A DNA stretch of 64,000 bases, from the NCBI GenBank assembly GCA_973895155.1, contig OZ316893.1, positions 19,286,857 to 19,350,856 of the forward strand, given 5' to 3'. This DNA is from Marsupella aquatica. Taxonomy: Eukaryota; Plantae; Marchantiophyta. A model generated the notes under the pieces. The model had not been told where the DNA came from. It searched no databases and saw only the letters and a program-made list of their open reading frames with translations. Made by a program: the position numbers and the translations under genes. Positions 27,130 through 39,827 of the stretch are shown here, piece by piece (within the stretch, counting starts at the first letter, position 1; each line of letters opens with the position of its first letter).

Positions 27130-30100
27130 TGTGCAGTTAGAGCCTCTCAGGTCCTGGATACATTATCTGATGATACACGGAAGTTCTAGTATCGCTATTT
27201 GTCGTCAAATGGAAATGTTTGCTCTTAGTATAGCGATCTCAGTTATCCTCCTAAGGTTTCTTTCCCAGAGCTACGAATTATCTACAGATCTAAACATGTT
27301 TTGGCCCGAAGTTAGTTGTGTACTATACGTGAAACACGTCAAAGCTTAAAAGTGACAAATTGCAGCTGGATTTCGTGCTGACCAATTGTGGAGATGGCAA
27401 CCGACATGTTTGATTTGAATAGGCTCGGAAGCCCGGTTTTAATCTTTTCGTCAAGCCTGATTATAGAAGGGCACTGGAATATTGATAGAAAATGCGATGA
27501 GCAATAATGAATGGGATTGGACTGGTGTTGTTTTGTTGAAGTCCGTCCGTCATCTGACAACAATTATTGGAGAAGCTTGTTCAGCAGAGACCGGATGAGA
27601 AACAGCGAACTCGAGGACCTCTAACAGAGTCTCGTAACTGACCACATTTCTCATCAGGTGTGACTTCGGGAGTAGACAGAGCTACGCAACTGTTTTACTG
27701 GTCGTGGAAAAGCATTATCTTCATTTGGCACGGATCAAGTTATTGAGAACGTCTCACAGTATGCTCCACAAACCACAAAGAAAACGGCAGATATAATGAC
27801 TTCATCTGTTCCTTCCATATCATTTTACCGCAGGAATTGTGCGGACATACCCACAATTCTTCATTCCTCCCCGGTAATATTTAAGGTCTGTTTCTGGAGA
27901 TGAAATATCACTGCCCTGCAGTTATGGATCGTGGTCTACACTGCCCATTCCCACGCAACCAGACAATCTTGATCAAAATTGATCCGTGTCAAAGCATATG
28001 GAGGTTGACATTTCAAAGTCACATCTCAAAATTTCCATAGGTGTCATTGTGTACTGCCTTGCCTGCCCATGCTTCCCCTTATCGTATATCACATCAAACA
28101 TAATAATTTAAACATTCTAATTTTGCTGACTTTACAAAGATTTACTTAGTACTTCATGTTTCTGTTTATGTTGTGCGGCGTTGTTACTTTTGATAATTTT
28201 CTCACCTCTCACCTTGTGCAAACCTGGAAAAATCAGTTTTGCTAGCTGTAAAAACGAGCATTATGTTGGCCATGCAAGCTTCTTTTCAAAGAGACGTTTT
28301 GAAACAGTAGTCATTTTGGCACAAATACCACCTCCTCACCTTCCAAGGAACCTCACTTAATTCAAATGAGAAGGACGGACATACCAACAATCACAGGGTG
28401 TTTGTCTGTTTTTGTTGGGCAGCCAATTTCCCTTCATACTCTAGAAAGACATTATGGTGTCGAGGAAGTTGTCATCAGCAACACCCAGATGATCGATAGA
28501 TGATGTCGAGTGGGCAGTCAGTCGAGATCAGCAGTCGAACCACAGCGAGAGACAGCGAGATTGGTTCACTACCTCACTACTGTCTGGCAATTCTTTATGA
28601 ATGGAATCTTCCGTATCTGCTTACCAATCAGCTTTCTGAATACATCTCCAGTACACACGCTGTATAACCGTCTCTCGTACAAATACTTTTAGTACTGAAA
28701 GAAACCGACACAGGAGGTCAAGACCATGACTCCCTACCTTCTATAGGCTCCCCTATTCACCACAATCGACTCCAGAATTATGCTAATGTGCCTTGAAAGA
28801 AAGTTAGTCTCTGCTCAAAGATAAAAAATCCCATAAGAGAGCCTTTATTTCCGATCAGCACCCGCAAGAGAGCACACATATGGACCGGGAGGCACGAGAA
28901 CACAGACATGATTTAATGAGCAAAATAATGTCAGTCTCACATGCCTTGTTCCCGAAGACAGAAACATTTACCAATTGAGGACATGGTAATCTCACATCCA
29001 TTTTTTCAGAGAAAGTCTATACTGACAAGATGCTAAGCCCGATTTTACATAGCAAGCTTAGCAGTACTGTACGACGGATCTACAAAAACTAGACATGAGG
29101 ATGGGAAATTACCTCCGACGAAAGTCAACCACATACACCAGCGAAAAGCTGATCTTCTGTCTGTTTAGCATGTTGTGAGAATTTGAACTTTTATAAACAA
29201 AAGCTATGGTGAGTTACCTGTGCAGTCCACCAAATGGACCTCAAAGTACATTTCTGACTGAGTATAGTGGAACGGGATAGAATTTTGAACATCTCAAACC
29301 ACTTCGAACATTTTTTCTTTGTATTCCTGTATGCCTTACATGACAAAATGAGGCCATGCGTGTTTTATGAGGATTTCACAATGCACAGGCCAGGCGAGCC
29401 CATGTGTACGCAGGCTCCTAGTAAAATAGAAAGGTCAAAGATTTGTTAAAAACCTGCATTGGGTCTTCTGACTTAGCATCACCTGTGGTTGTGTGGTTGT
29501 TTATAAGCCAGGACACCCTCCTGACACAGTGTGGTCATCATACTCAAAGCAGTTGCAAGCAAGGGACTTGTTGCCAGTGTATGTATCACGGAATGTCCCA
29601 CAAGTACACAGATCAAGTGTCTTTATAAACCTCGCGTTTGCCATCATCGATTCTACTCAAGCACATTTACCAAGGACTAAAGTAAGATACCTGTAAAATA
29701 GGAGTACAGCTACTGTAGTATGATTGATATGGATATCAACTCTCACCCAAAAAACCTATAAAGCAGTGAATTGCAGGTTGAAGCTCCTACGACTACCATG
29801 TGAAATAGCAGTCGTAACAAAGAGGGAATTAATGATGCGGCTGTCGCCATGAATGAGAAATACATGTCCAGAAATGAAGATGTTAAGTTTCAAAGGCATA
29901 GACCTTCAATTAAAATGATGAGAACATTCTTACAAACCCAGGGAGGGCTCTTAAAAGCGGTCCCTTACCTCTGCCATGAGAGAGAAAAGTAAAACAAGAT
30001 CTGAATCTGGATAATACTCGTAAATGTGAACTCTCTAGGACCCAAATGTGACTGCAAGCCCAAATTCTGGAGCATATAGTACCCTTTCTATAAAATCATT

Positions 30101-30349
30101 TTCATTATCGGTGCAAATGGTGAGTCATGGGAAATCTTCATAGAACCGGCATTTCTGAGGTATGGTGCAAAGCTTTGAAGTCCAGAGGATACCGCTTCAT
30201 CTTTGCCTGAATTGCGGACTGCATGGGCCCACTCCTGCATTATGTTTGATTATCTCAGCTCATGGGAGATCCAGAGAAACGGCATCATTGTGTGGTACTC
30301 GAAATGGCAGATGATCTAATGAGCTCCAGAAAGTGGTACTTTAAAATGG

Positions 30350-30454
30350 AATGTCAACAACAGACATGAAGCACATATGTTTCTCAATTGTTTAGTTGAC
30401 CAATGTCAACAACAGACATGAAGCACATATGTTTCTCAATTGTTTTGTTGACCA
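30350..30454. repeat. Two-copy tandem duplication, 52-bp period
   Basis: AATGTCAACAACAGACATGAAGCACATATGTTTCTCAATTGTTT(A/T)GTTGACC at 30350 and 30402. Confidence 0.9.
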
Positions 30455-30711
30455 CTCCGCAAACATTCCAATTTGCCCATACCTCACCACTATGCCTTGA
30501 CATTTTGAGCTTGGATGTTGTGCCCATTTCTTAGATGGCCAAGTGTTGTCCATCCCCAAACTCACCAAACATCTTTAGTGTCAATTAGACCTAAGTATCT
30601 GTATACTCATCATTTTGTATGTACTGGTGCTTGTTTCGGAAAACATTGTCACCTCAATTCAGCTGACAAAAAAGTTCATGTAACAAAACCCTTTGTTTCA
30701 TGCTGCCTCTG

Positions 30712-32190
30712 AGTCGCGGAACTCGACTACCCTAACACTTAGCTCCGGCATCGCTGACTCCGACGCCGAGCTCCCTTATGGTCCAGGCCCGGATAGGCCA
30801 TCCGGGGAGGACTTAGCATGGGGAGACTTGTGGGCAATGAGACGTGGCAATAGCGAGGCAAGGGGCCAAGCTGGGGACACACACTAAGGACTTGGACTAG
30901 CCTATGGCTGGTTGAGTTCAGGGGAAATGGGCCGGGCTCAAGGGTGGCCGTCCGGACCATCGGATGGGCTTTGAGTTCTGAGGGCTTGGGAGTGAGCTCC
31001 TCTTGGGCCCAAGGCCAATGGAGTTGATGCCATTGGCAACGGACGCTTGGGGCGCAAGTTGTGGCCCAAGCCGGGTTGGGCCGGGAGGGGGCCCCGAGCG
31101 ACGATCAGACCTGAGGACCTAGGCATGAGCACTGGGTCGTCCCGGTCACAACGGGCTAAGGCACTCCGCTTGTGGATGCCTATCAAGAAAGTTATGGGCG
31201 TTGCCAGTTGGTGGCGCGCCCATTATGCGCGATGGGATCCGGGTTGGGGACCAAAGCTGGTCCGGGGGTGGCAGGTCTCCAGAAACATATATGAGGGGAG
31301 TGGTGTCTCCCTGGGGGCTAAGGGCGAGCCGAAGTCGTGAGCCGCGGCGGTCGCGACACTAAGGGAAACCGCCAAACGGAAATGGCGATATCTTTCCAAT
31401 GGGAAGTCCGTTGGAGGACTTCTTAGGTGCGTTGGAAATCTCTTGAGGAGGGCTACGCCTTCCTGAGCTCAGCTGGGTCTGGGGGTGCCATGGGTTCTCA
31501 TGGTTTGCGGGTGTTAGCTCGCCCGTGTACCAAATCCTGCCGAACAGCAGCCAAGCCGCATTCAGTCTCCCATGGGAGCTTGCGTTGGGGAGGCAAGGCC
31601 AAGTAGGTATGGAGGCTGAGTCCCAAGAGTGCTCGGTCCCTAGACCATCAGTGGGGCAAACCGGGAGTCGGTGTTAGAGTCGGGGCTGTTCTGGTCCCGG
31701 CGTGTTGAGACAAGCTTGGGACAAGCTTTAGGACAAGCTATGCTAATTGGGTCATGAGCATGTCCTGAGGTCAAGACGGTCAGTTGGTGATGGATAGGTA
31801 CGAGGGGGAACCCGGGCCGCGCCCAAGGAAAGAGCTGTCCTGGACGGACTGTGGGCATGGATTCTGGTTCCGGCTTATGGCATCGGGAGGACCTATCGCT
31901 AACCTATTTACCAACGTCTATTGAGCTTGAGTTAGGATGCTAGACTTGGCGAGTTCTAGATCCGAAGGGGTTACTTACCAAGGTGCTTGGTTGTTTGTGC
32001 AAACAGTGAGGACCGTGGAGTAGCGGTCGTGTAGGTGAGCAAGTGCGGCTTCGTATAGGAGTGGCCACTGGTGGTGCTAGAGGCACTTGGATGCTTGCTC
32101 GAGGTATTCCGTGGAGGTGTTCGGGCATCAAGGGCACTTAGGCGCAAGTGCTGGGATTGGTGAGGGCACTGGGTGGCAAGGTCCACCACT
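30712..32190 (+). repeat. 5' LTR of the gypsy element (1479 bp)
   Basis: AGTCGCGGA...TCCACCACT; near-identical to the 3' LTR, with scattered, mostly transition differences. Confidence 0.96.
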
Positions 32191-32281
32191 TGTGGTATGA
32201 GAGCGATTGCTGGCATAGACACCGGGTCGGGGTTGCGTTAAGTCGGAATCCAAAAATCTTAACGGTTTTTGCGGGGACTTA

Positions 32282-35200
32282 GTGTTTCAACGTGCCCGGC
32301 GGGTCAACTGCGGGCAAATTCGATCGCTGGGAACATGGCTAAAAACACTCGTGCAAAGAGTGGCAAGCAGGCTCCCCACCAAGGGGAGAGCCCAAGTTCA
32401 AGATGAACAGAAGGAGGACGGGTCGACTTCCCTAGACGAACGTTACAAGCAGGATGAAGAAGATGCAACGGCCGAACCGTCGACCGCTGCGGCAAATAAA
32501 TCAAGTGCAGAGCACCGTCAACTTAAAGGGAAGGAGGCGGCTGATCCTTCAGAGGATGGGTCGGATGACGATGACTCCGACGCAACCGCAAGCGACGAAA
32601 ACACAGAAGCCGAGACAGAGGAAGAGGGTCAGGACCCGGAAGAGGAACTGATCCCAGCCTTAAGAGGGTTGAATGTGAAACCAGAGGATGATGCCGAGCC
32701 GGACGTCATCGTGGATAATTTGACCAAGCAGAACCAGGATGACGCGGGTGATACCTCAGTCCCGGGACGTCATGGTGCTCGCAAGACGCGGGGGTGTCAC
32801 CAAAATCCACAAGAGAACCTAAGGACAGGCGGCCCGCAAAGGAAAGACGGTTGGAGGACCATCCTTATACAACCCGCAAGGGCCCAGCCGCGGACGATGG
32901 TCTGGGTCCGTTGACTCAAGACCAACGACTCATCTATGAGCAGTTGGAACACAACAAGGGGGCCCAGATTAAGTACTTACTTAGTCTGGGTAGTCAGAGT
33001 GCGTCACGTCCCGAGGGGGGAATGGTAGTTGGACGGAGTATGTTCCAAGTGAACCAGCTACCGTCTCCTCCAACTTACGACGGAGCCTACGAGCAAAGTG
33101 GACAAAAGTTCCTAAGTTGGCTCTCCACAATGGAGATTCATCTCCAAGCGTACGTTGAGCGTTCCACTTGGGCTACCGCGGCCGCTCCTTACCTGAAGGA
33201 CTATGCCTTGACTTGGTAAAGTCATGGAAGAAGTCGCGAGAGGACTCCTCCTTACCATTAACTTGGGAAAACCTGGTTGAGGGTCTCCGTGCTCATGTCA
33301 CCACTAAATACCTGGAGCGGCATGCTCATAAATGCGTAACGGAGATGAGTTTCAGGGGTGATATCCAAAAGTTCATCACTTATTACCAGAATCAGTTGGC
33401 ATGTATCCCGGCGGGACAAGAGACCCTACATACACAGCTTCACAACTTTATTGTGAAGCTCCCGCCGTTGCTCAGGGAAAAGTTGTAGGAAAAGCGTCAT
33501 GAGTTCAAAACGCTTTCCGACGCCTTCGACAAGGCCACTACGTTGGTGAATAACCGACCGGACTTGGCAAAGGTGGGTGGCAAGGGATCCGAAGGGGAAG
33601 CTGGGAAAGCAAAAGGTCCCGGGAATAAGCAGAAGCAACCTGAGGGGGCGGGGGCTGGTGGTTCGGACCCCCAGCCCCATAATGGGGGAGCTAAGCGAAA
33701 CCGGAAGGCCGGCAACTTCCATAAAGGAGCCTCATCGGCACAGAAAGCAAAGAAACAGGCAACCATGGAGCAGAGGCGGACGGAAGGTTCATGCTTCACA
33801 TGTGGTGCCATGGGCCATCAAAGTAAGGATTGTTCCACGAAAGGTGGCAAGCCGAGCGGAGATGGTGGAGGGCAGAAGAGCATTAAGGTAAGTATTGCTC
33901 TAACCGAACCCTTAGTAGCTGACAAGGTCCCTGTAGGGGATGTCCCTGACGAAGAGATGGTGTTGTTGCGAGAGAAGATACCTAAAGTTAAGACAATGGA
34001 TCCTGAAAAACTGATTTTTGTGAATGTCACTTCTAACGGTAATTTGGGTGTTGCCTTGGTGGATACAGGCACGACCGCCTACTTCATAAGTGGGCAGGCG
34101 ACAACTCGTCTTCTCGGGGGGTTGACTATCAACAATCTTAGGAACCGCGTGCGATCCAAAGTAGGTATTTTTCATATAAATTAGCTAAATTTTTAAAAGC
34201 GTAGGAAGCAAAAGAAGGTATTATAAACCTATATTTGTAGAATATTCTCTAATATATACCTTTTATAAAGTAAAATAGGTCATTAGTATTGAAAATAGAG
34301 AAGATTTTTAGAATATTCCCATTATAAAATAGGTGTGTTTATATTAGGCTAGGATCGCACGTGGTACCCAAAAATATACACTAAGCTAACCCCCCGAGCT
34401 CGTCTTGGGGTGGACGTGCAAGAGTTGTTACAACCGTTAGTGTGCAAGTTCGCCAACGACACAAAGGGGATAGTGTCGAGAGTAGTGCGTAGACTTCGGG
34501 TAGAGGTCATAGGCAAACAACAAAATTTTGTTAGTCAGGAGATGTTCTACGTTCTAGACGGTCTAGCCGTAGACTTCATTTTGTCGGTAGGTTATCTCAG
34601 AAAGCACAATGTTACCTTGAAACCGGGGGGTGAGGTGCTCCATTTTCCCAATAAGGGCGGTGAGCCCATCGTTGTACATGAAATTACCGAAAATAAAGAA
34701 AGATTTCTTAAAGTAAGTAAAGTGTCATGGATGTCTCCGTGTGTATCGGCGAAGCAATGGTGGAAAGACTTCAAGGGTGGACATGAATGTTTCTTCTTTC
34801 ATCTCCACCCAACTAAGGAGGCTGCGTCGCAGCCAAAGGTCAAGTCAGCTAAGGTCGGGCCCGACTGCGGTCGAATTCCTGAAATTTTAGAGGAATTCAA
34901 TGACGTGCTCTCGCAGAAGCTACCTAAAGGTTTACCCCCGCGGAGAGAAGTGGATCACCAAGTTGAGTTGGAGCCGGGATCGACTCCTCAGGCTAAAGCT
35001 CCTTATCGTCTGAACTTGAACCAGCGAATGATGTTGAAGAACGCCTTGGAAGAGTTGATCGACCAAGGGTTCATTCGCCCTAGTAAGAGTCCTTACGGGG
35101 CGCCCGCTCTGTTTGTGTCCAAAAAGGATGGTACTTTGAGATTGTGCGCAGATTACCGGGCCCTCAATAAGCAGACGGTAAAGAACAAGTACCCGTTACC

Positions 35201-37730
35201 TCATATGGATGACCTCTTCGATTGCCTCTCCGGGGCCAAGAAGTTTTCAAAGGTGGACTTGCGGTCTGGGTATTACCAGATCCGCATGGCTAAGGGAGAC
35301 GAGTATAAGACCGCGATGCGCACAAGGTTCGGATCCTATGAGTTTTTGGTTATGCCGTTCGGGTTGTGTAATGCAACCGCAATGTTCATGAAGATGATGA
35401 ATAGCATCTTTCATGACTTGTTGGACCAAGGAGTGGTTGTCTTTATTGACGACATCCTAATCTACTCGAAAACGTTGGAGGAGCATGAGCAGTTGCTCAA
35501 AGAAGTGTTCTCTCGCCTTCGTAAGGCTCGTCTGTTTGCTAAACCTAGCAAGTGCGAGTTTGCGATGAACGAGATTCAGTTCCTCGGCCATACCTTTACC
35601 CCGGAAGGGATTACGCCTAGTCAGGACAAGCTTAAGGAGATCAAAGAATGGGAGCGCCCGTCCAATGTAAGGCAAGTTAGAGCCTTCTTAGGATTTATGG
35701 GGTTCTATTGGAGATACATGAAAGACTATGCGAGGATCGCGAGGCCTCTAAATGCGCTAACGTTGAAAAACAAAGTGTTTGTGTGGACACAGGATTGCGA
35801 GTTAGCATTCCTGATAACGCCGCCGGTTCTAAAGTTACCTAAGATGGGGAAGCCGTTTGAGATTTGGACAGACGCAAGTGATTATGCCATCGGCGCTTGT
35901 CTTCACCAAGATGGGCGTCCTACGGCCTTCGAGTCATGTAAGTTGGAAAATCACTGGATCACGTTGGAAAGGGAAATGTATGTTGTGATCTATGCGTTGA
36001 AGAAGTGGGAGATTTACCTTAAGAACGGTCCCAAAGTGGTAATCCACACAGATAGCTCGTCGGCCTGGTACTTCAGTTCTAAGCCAAGGATGAACCCCAA
36101 GGAAATGCGCTGGCAGATGTTCTTGGCGGATTTTGATTTTGAAGTCCGCCATATTCCTGGGAAGACAAATACGGCAGCAGACACGTTATCGCGTAAGGAC
36201 CAGCATCGTGTCAATGGGATCACGATGCTCGAATCCGAGTGGCCAAAGGTTCTGGCCGCAGCGTATGGGGATGACAGGTTAGCTAAGGATTGGCAAAGCA
36301 ATGGGGGTAGCCGGAGCAAGGTAAGGCACGTATCGTTGGGGTTGGATACGATGCATAATGTCCAGTTATGGCGATACAAGCAGAGGCGTGTGTACATACC
36401 AGAGTCTCTAAGGTTAGAGGTTCTGCAAAAGTACCACGACTCGCCCTGGGGAGGACACGGAGGACAAGCTGCTACATATCGCAGCATGTCGCGAGATGTG
36501 TATTGGCCAGACATGAAGCATTCGGTCCTTCAACACGTGCAAAGTTGTTACTTGTGCCAAAAGAACCGAACGGTCTATAGGGCAAAAGGAGGACTACTAC
36601 AACCCTTACCAGTGGCTGCGGCTCCATGGGAGTCTATCTCCATGGACTTCATTGTTGGATTACCTGAGTCCCACGGCAGTGACTCCATCTTAACAATCGT
36701 GGATCGTTTTTCCAAGATGGCGTGTTTCTTGCCTACTACGAAGATGGTTTCGGCCCGAGCGGTTGCCGGTCTAGTGTTTGACAATGTCTTCCGACAATGG
36801 GGATTGCCGTTGCATATCCTGTCCGATCGCGATACCAAGTTCACGGGCCATTTCTGGAAGGCGTTATTCCGGTTATCCGGAATGGACCTGACTGGGGGAT
36901 CAACGTATCATCATGAGACAGATGGCCAAACGGAACGGGTTAATGGTATCGTGGAGGACTACTTGTGTCACTTTGTGACGGCCAATCAAAAGGATTGGGC
37001 AAAGCATTTAACAATGGCCGAGTTTAGGTATAACTCGACCAAGCATTCGGCGATGGGGTTTGCGCCGTTTGTGTTGGCCACAGGGAGGACGCCAAGGGCG
37101 CCCTCCTAGTTTATAAATCCGGAAGCTTGGCGGACAGAAAGCAAGGTTCCTTTTGCAGACAATTTTATTCGAGAGCGGCGCCTAGTTGTGGAAGCGGCTA
37201 CCAAGGGTATGATCCTTGCCCAAAGTCGGTACAAGGAGCAAGGGGATAAACATTGACGCCAGGTAAGCTTTGAAATTGGGGAGAGCGTCTGGTTGCAGTT
37301 GAGACCTGAGAAATACCACGGGAACATAAGTAGGAAGCTGGCTCCCAGATATGCGGGGCCCTATCGCATTATACGATGGGCCCACAAGGATAATCCGGTT
37401 TCGGTGGTGTTGGAGACACCCAAGGAAATGGGCGTGGGCAAAAGCTACCATGTTAGCCGGCTCAAGAAGTTTGTCAAAGACGATGATCCCAACCGGGATC
37501 AAGTCTTGCGTCCGAACACCATGCTGGTGGAGGACGTCGAGGAGTTTGAGGTGGAGGCAATTCTGGACCACCGTTACAAACGCAAGTTTGGAAGGCAAAT
37601 CTTAGAGTATTTGGTGAAGTGGGCTGGCTATGATCAGGCCGAGAGTACTTGGGAACCGGAGGAAAATTTGGGTAATGCCTCAGAGATCCTTGGAAGCTAT
37701 CATAAGCGAAGCGGCCTACCGCCGTTGTGA
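32282..37730 (+). pseudogene. Gypsy gag-pol (Gag, CCHC knuckle, protease, RT, RNase H, integrase, chromodomain), disrupted
   Basis: CFTCGAMGHQSKDC; LVDTGTTAYFIS; LRLCADYRALN, VMPFGLCNA, FIDDILIYS; TDASDYAIG; HDSPWGGH...CYLCQ, SMDFIVGLP, SDRD, TDGQTERVN, GPY; chromodomain EEFEVEAILDHR...YLVKWAGY..AESTWEPEENL. Stops and frameshifts in gag and at 37107 and 37254; TIR insertion in the protease. Start approximate. Confidence 0.95.
34113..34398. mobile_element. 286-bp non-autonomous TIR element (MITE-like) with 8-bp TSD, inserted in the gypsy protease
   Basis: Perfect 11-bp TIR CTCGGGGGGTT...AACCCCCCGAG; TSD CTCGTCTT (34105-34112, 34399-34406); subterminal inverted pair GGAACCGCGTGCGATCC (34141) / GGATCGCACGTGGTACC (34352); AT-rich core; excision restores the frame ATTRL-GVDVQE. 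Confidence 0.93.
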
Positions 37731-38169
37731 ACTGGTACAGGCAGCTGTAGCTACCTTTGTGAGTTGTATCCAAGTTTCACTCCTCTCGGCCTCTTAAGGA
37801 TAAAGTCGGATTGTGTTGGGGCTAGAGGTTGTTGGGCGGCCGATTTGCTTTTTGCGAGTGGAAGTTGATGGTGCCCGCCCTACATCTGTGGGCGGGCTAG
37901 TTCGAACCAAAGGAGAGCGCCCCAAGGGGAGGACAATGGGTCCGACGAGTCTGGAGTTAGCTTACCCGTTTGGACTAGCATCCTACTTGGATAAGTGGGA
38001 TAGGTTGGAATTTCCTAAGTATGGAATGCGCATACCAACCTGGTTTGCATCAGCCTTATGGGCAAACCATTTGTTACCTCATAAAATTTTTTAAGGCCCA
38101 AAGTGGTCTAGGCGTGTTGGAACGTTTACTTAGGTCACGCGGACATTACCATTTTTAAGGGGGGGTGCA

Positions 38170-39648
38170 AGTCGCGGAACTCGACTACCCTAACACTTAG
38201 CTTCAGCATCGCTGACTCCGACGCCGAGCTCCCTTATGGTTCAGGCCCGGATAGGCCATCCGGGGAGGACTTAGCATGGGGAGACTTGTGGGCAATGAGA
38301 CGTGGCAATAGCGAGGCAAGGGGCCAAGCTGGGGACACACACTAAGGACTTGGACTAGCCTATGGCTGGTTGAGTTCAGGGGAAATGGACCGGGCTCAAG
38401 GATGGCCGTCCGGACCATCGGATGGGCTTTGAGTTCTGAGGGCTTGGGAGTGAGCTCCTCTTGGGCCCAAGGCCAATGGAGTTGATGCCATTGGCAACGG
38501 ACGCTTGGGGCGCAAGTTGTGGCCCAAGCCGGGTTGGGCCGAGACGGGGCCCCGAGCGACGATCAGACCTGAGGGCCTAGGCATGAGCACTGGGTCGTCC
38601 CGGTCACAACGGGCTAAGGCACTCCGCTTGTGGATGCCTATCAAGAAAGTTATGGGCGTTGCCAGTTGGTGGCGCGCCCATTATGCGCGATGGGATCCGG
38701 GTTGGGGACCAAAGCTGGTCCGAGGGTGGCAGGTCTCCAGAAGCATATATGAGGGGAGTGGTGTCTCCCTGGGGGCTAAGGGCGAGCCGAAGTCGTGAGC
38801 CGCGGCGGTCGCGACACTAAGGGAAACCGCCAAACGGAAATGGCGATATCTTTCCAATGGGAAGTCCGTTGGAGGACTTCTTAGGTGCGTTGGAAAGCTC
38901 TTGAGGAGGGCTACGCCCTCCTGAGCTCAGCTGGGTCTGGGGGTGCCATGGGTTCTCGTGGTTTGTGGGTGTTAGCTCGCCCGCGTACCAAATCCTGCCG
39001 AACAGCAGCCAAGCCGCATTCAGTCTCCCATGGGAGCTTGCGTTGGGGAGGCAAGGCCAAGTAGGTATGGAGGCTGAGTCCCAAGAGTGCTCGGTCCCTA
39101 GACCATCAGTGGGGCAAACCGGGAGTCGGTGTTAGAGTCGGGGCTGTTCTGGTCCCGGCGTGTTGAGACAAGCTTGGGACAAGCTTTAGGACAAGCTACG
39201 CTAATTGGGCCATGAGCATGTCCTGAGGTCAGGATGGTCAGTTGGTGATGGATAGGTACGAGGGGGAACCCGGGCTGCGCCCAAGGAAGGAGCTGTCCTG
39301 GACGGACTGTGGGCGTGGGTTGTGGTTCCGGCTTATGGCATCGGGAGGACCTATCGCTAACCTATTTACCAATGTCTGTTGAGCTTGAGTTAGGATGCTA
39401 GACTTGGCAAGTTCTAGATCCGAAGGGGTTACTTACCAAGGTGCTTGGTTGTTTGTGCAAACAGTGAGGACCGTGGAGTAGCGGTCGTGTAGGTGAGCAA
39501 GTGCGGCTTCATATGGGAGTGGCCGCTAGTGGTGCTAGAGGCACTTGGATGCTTGCTCGAGATATTCCGTGGAGGCGTTTGGGCATCAAGGGCACTTAGG
39601 CGCAAGTGCTGGGATTGGTGAGGGCGCTGGGTGGCAAGGTCCACCACT
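38170..39648 (+). repeat. 3' LTR of the gypsy element (1479 bp)
   Basis: Preceded by the PPT and TGCA; followed by TSD CTCTG. Confidence 0.96.
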
Positions 39649-39827
39649 CTCTGTGATGTCATACCACTTTTTGTCAAGAAAGGGTCACCAGTGATGCTTG
39701 ATTTAAACAAGTTTATGGATGCTCAATTGTTGTCCAAACATGCATGAAGGAGGCACCAAATGAAGCACAAGTATATGGATAGGTCTATTGTGACAAAACC
39801 TTTGAGACTTTGTTAACCTTAGTCAAC

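Larger units (their letters stand above)
30712..39648 (+). mobile_element. Full-length Ty3/gypsy chromovirus LTR retrotransposon with AGT...ACT termini
   Basis: Two 1479-bp LTRs (30712-32190, 38170-39648); perfect TSD CTCTG (30707-30711, 39649-39653); PBS-like TGGTATGAGAGC 32193-32204; PPT AAGGGGGGG 38157-38165; gag-PR-RT-RH-INT-chromodomain order. Confidence 0.97.

Noticed and set aside
30739-32222. Short ORFs on both strands within the gypsy LTRs (and their copies at 2774-4080 and 38203-39710)
   Set aside because: They recur only because the LTR is repeated; GC-rich chance frames whose lengths differ between copies, with no domains.
37813-38094. Possible extra (env-like) ORF between gypsy pol and the 3' LTR
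   Set aside because: Only 93 aa, non-ATG start, no signal peptide or TM pattern; treated as 3' UTR.
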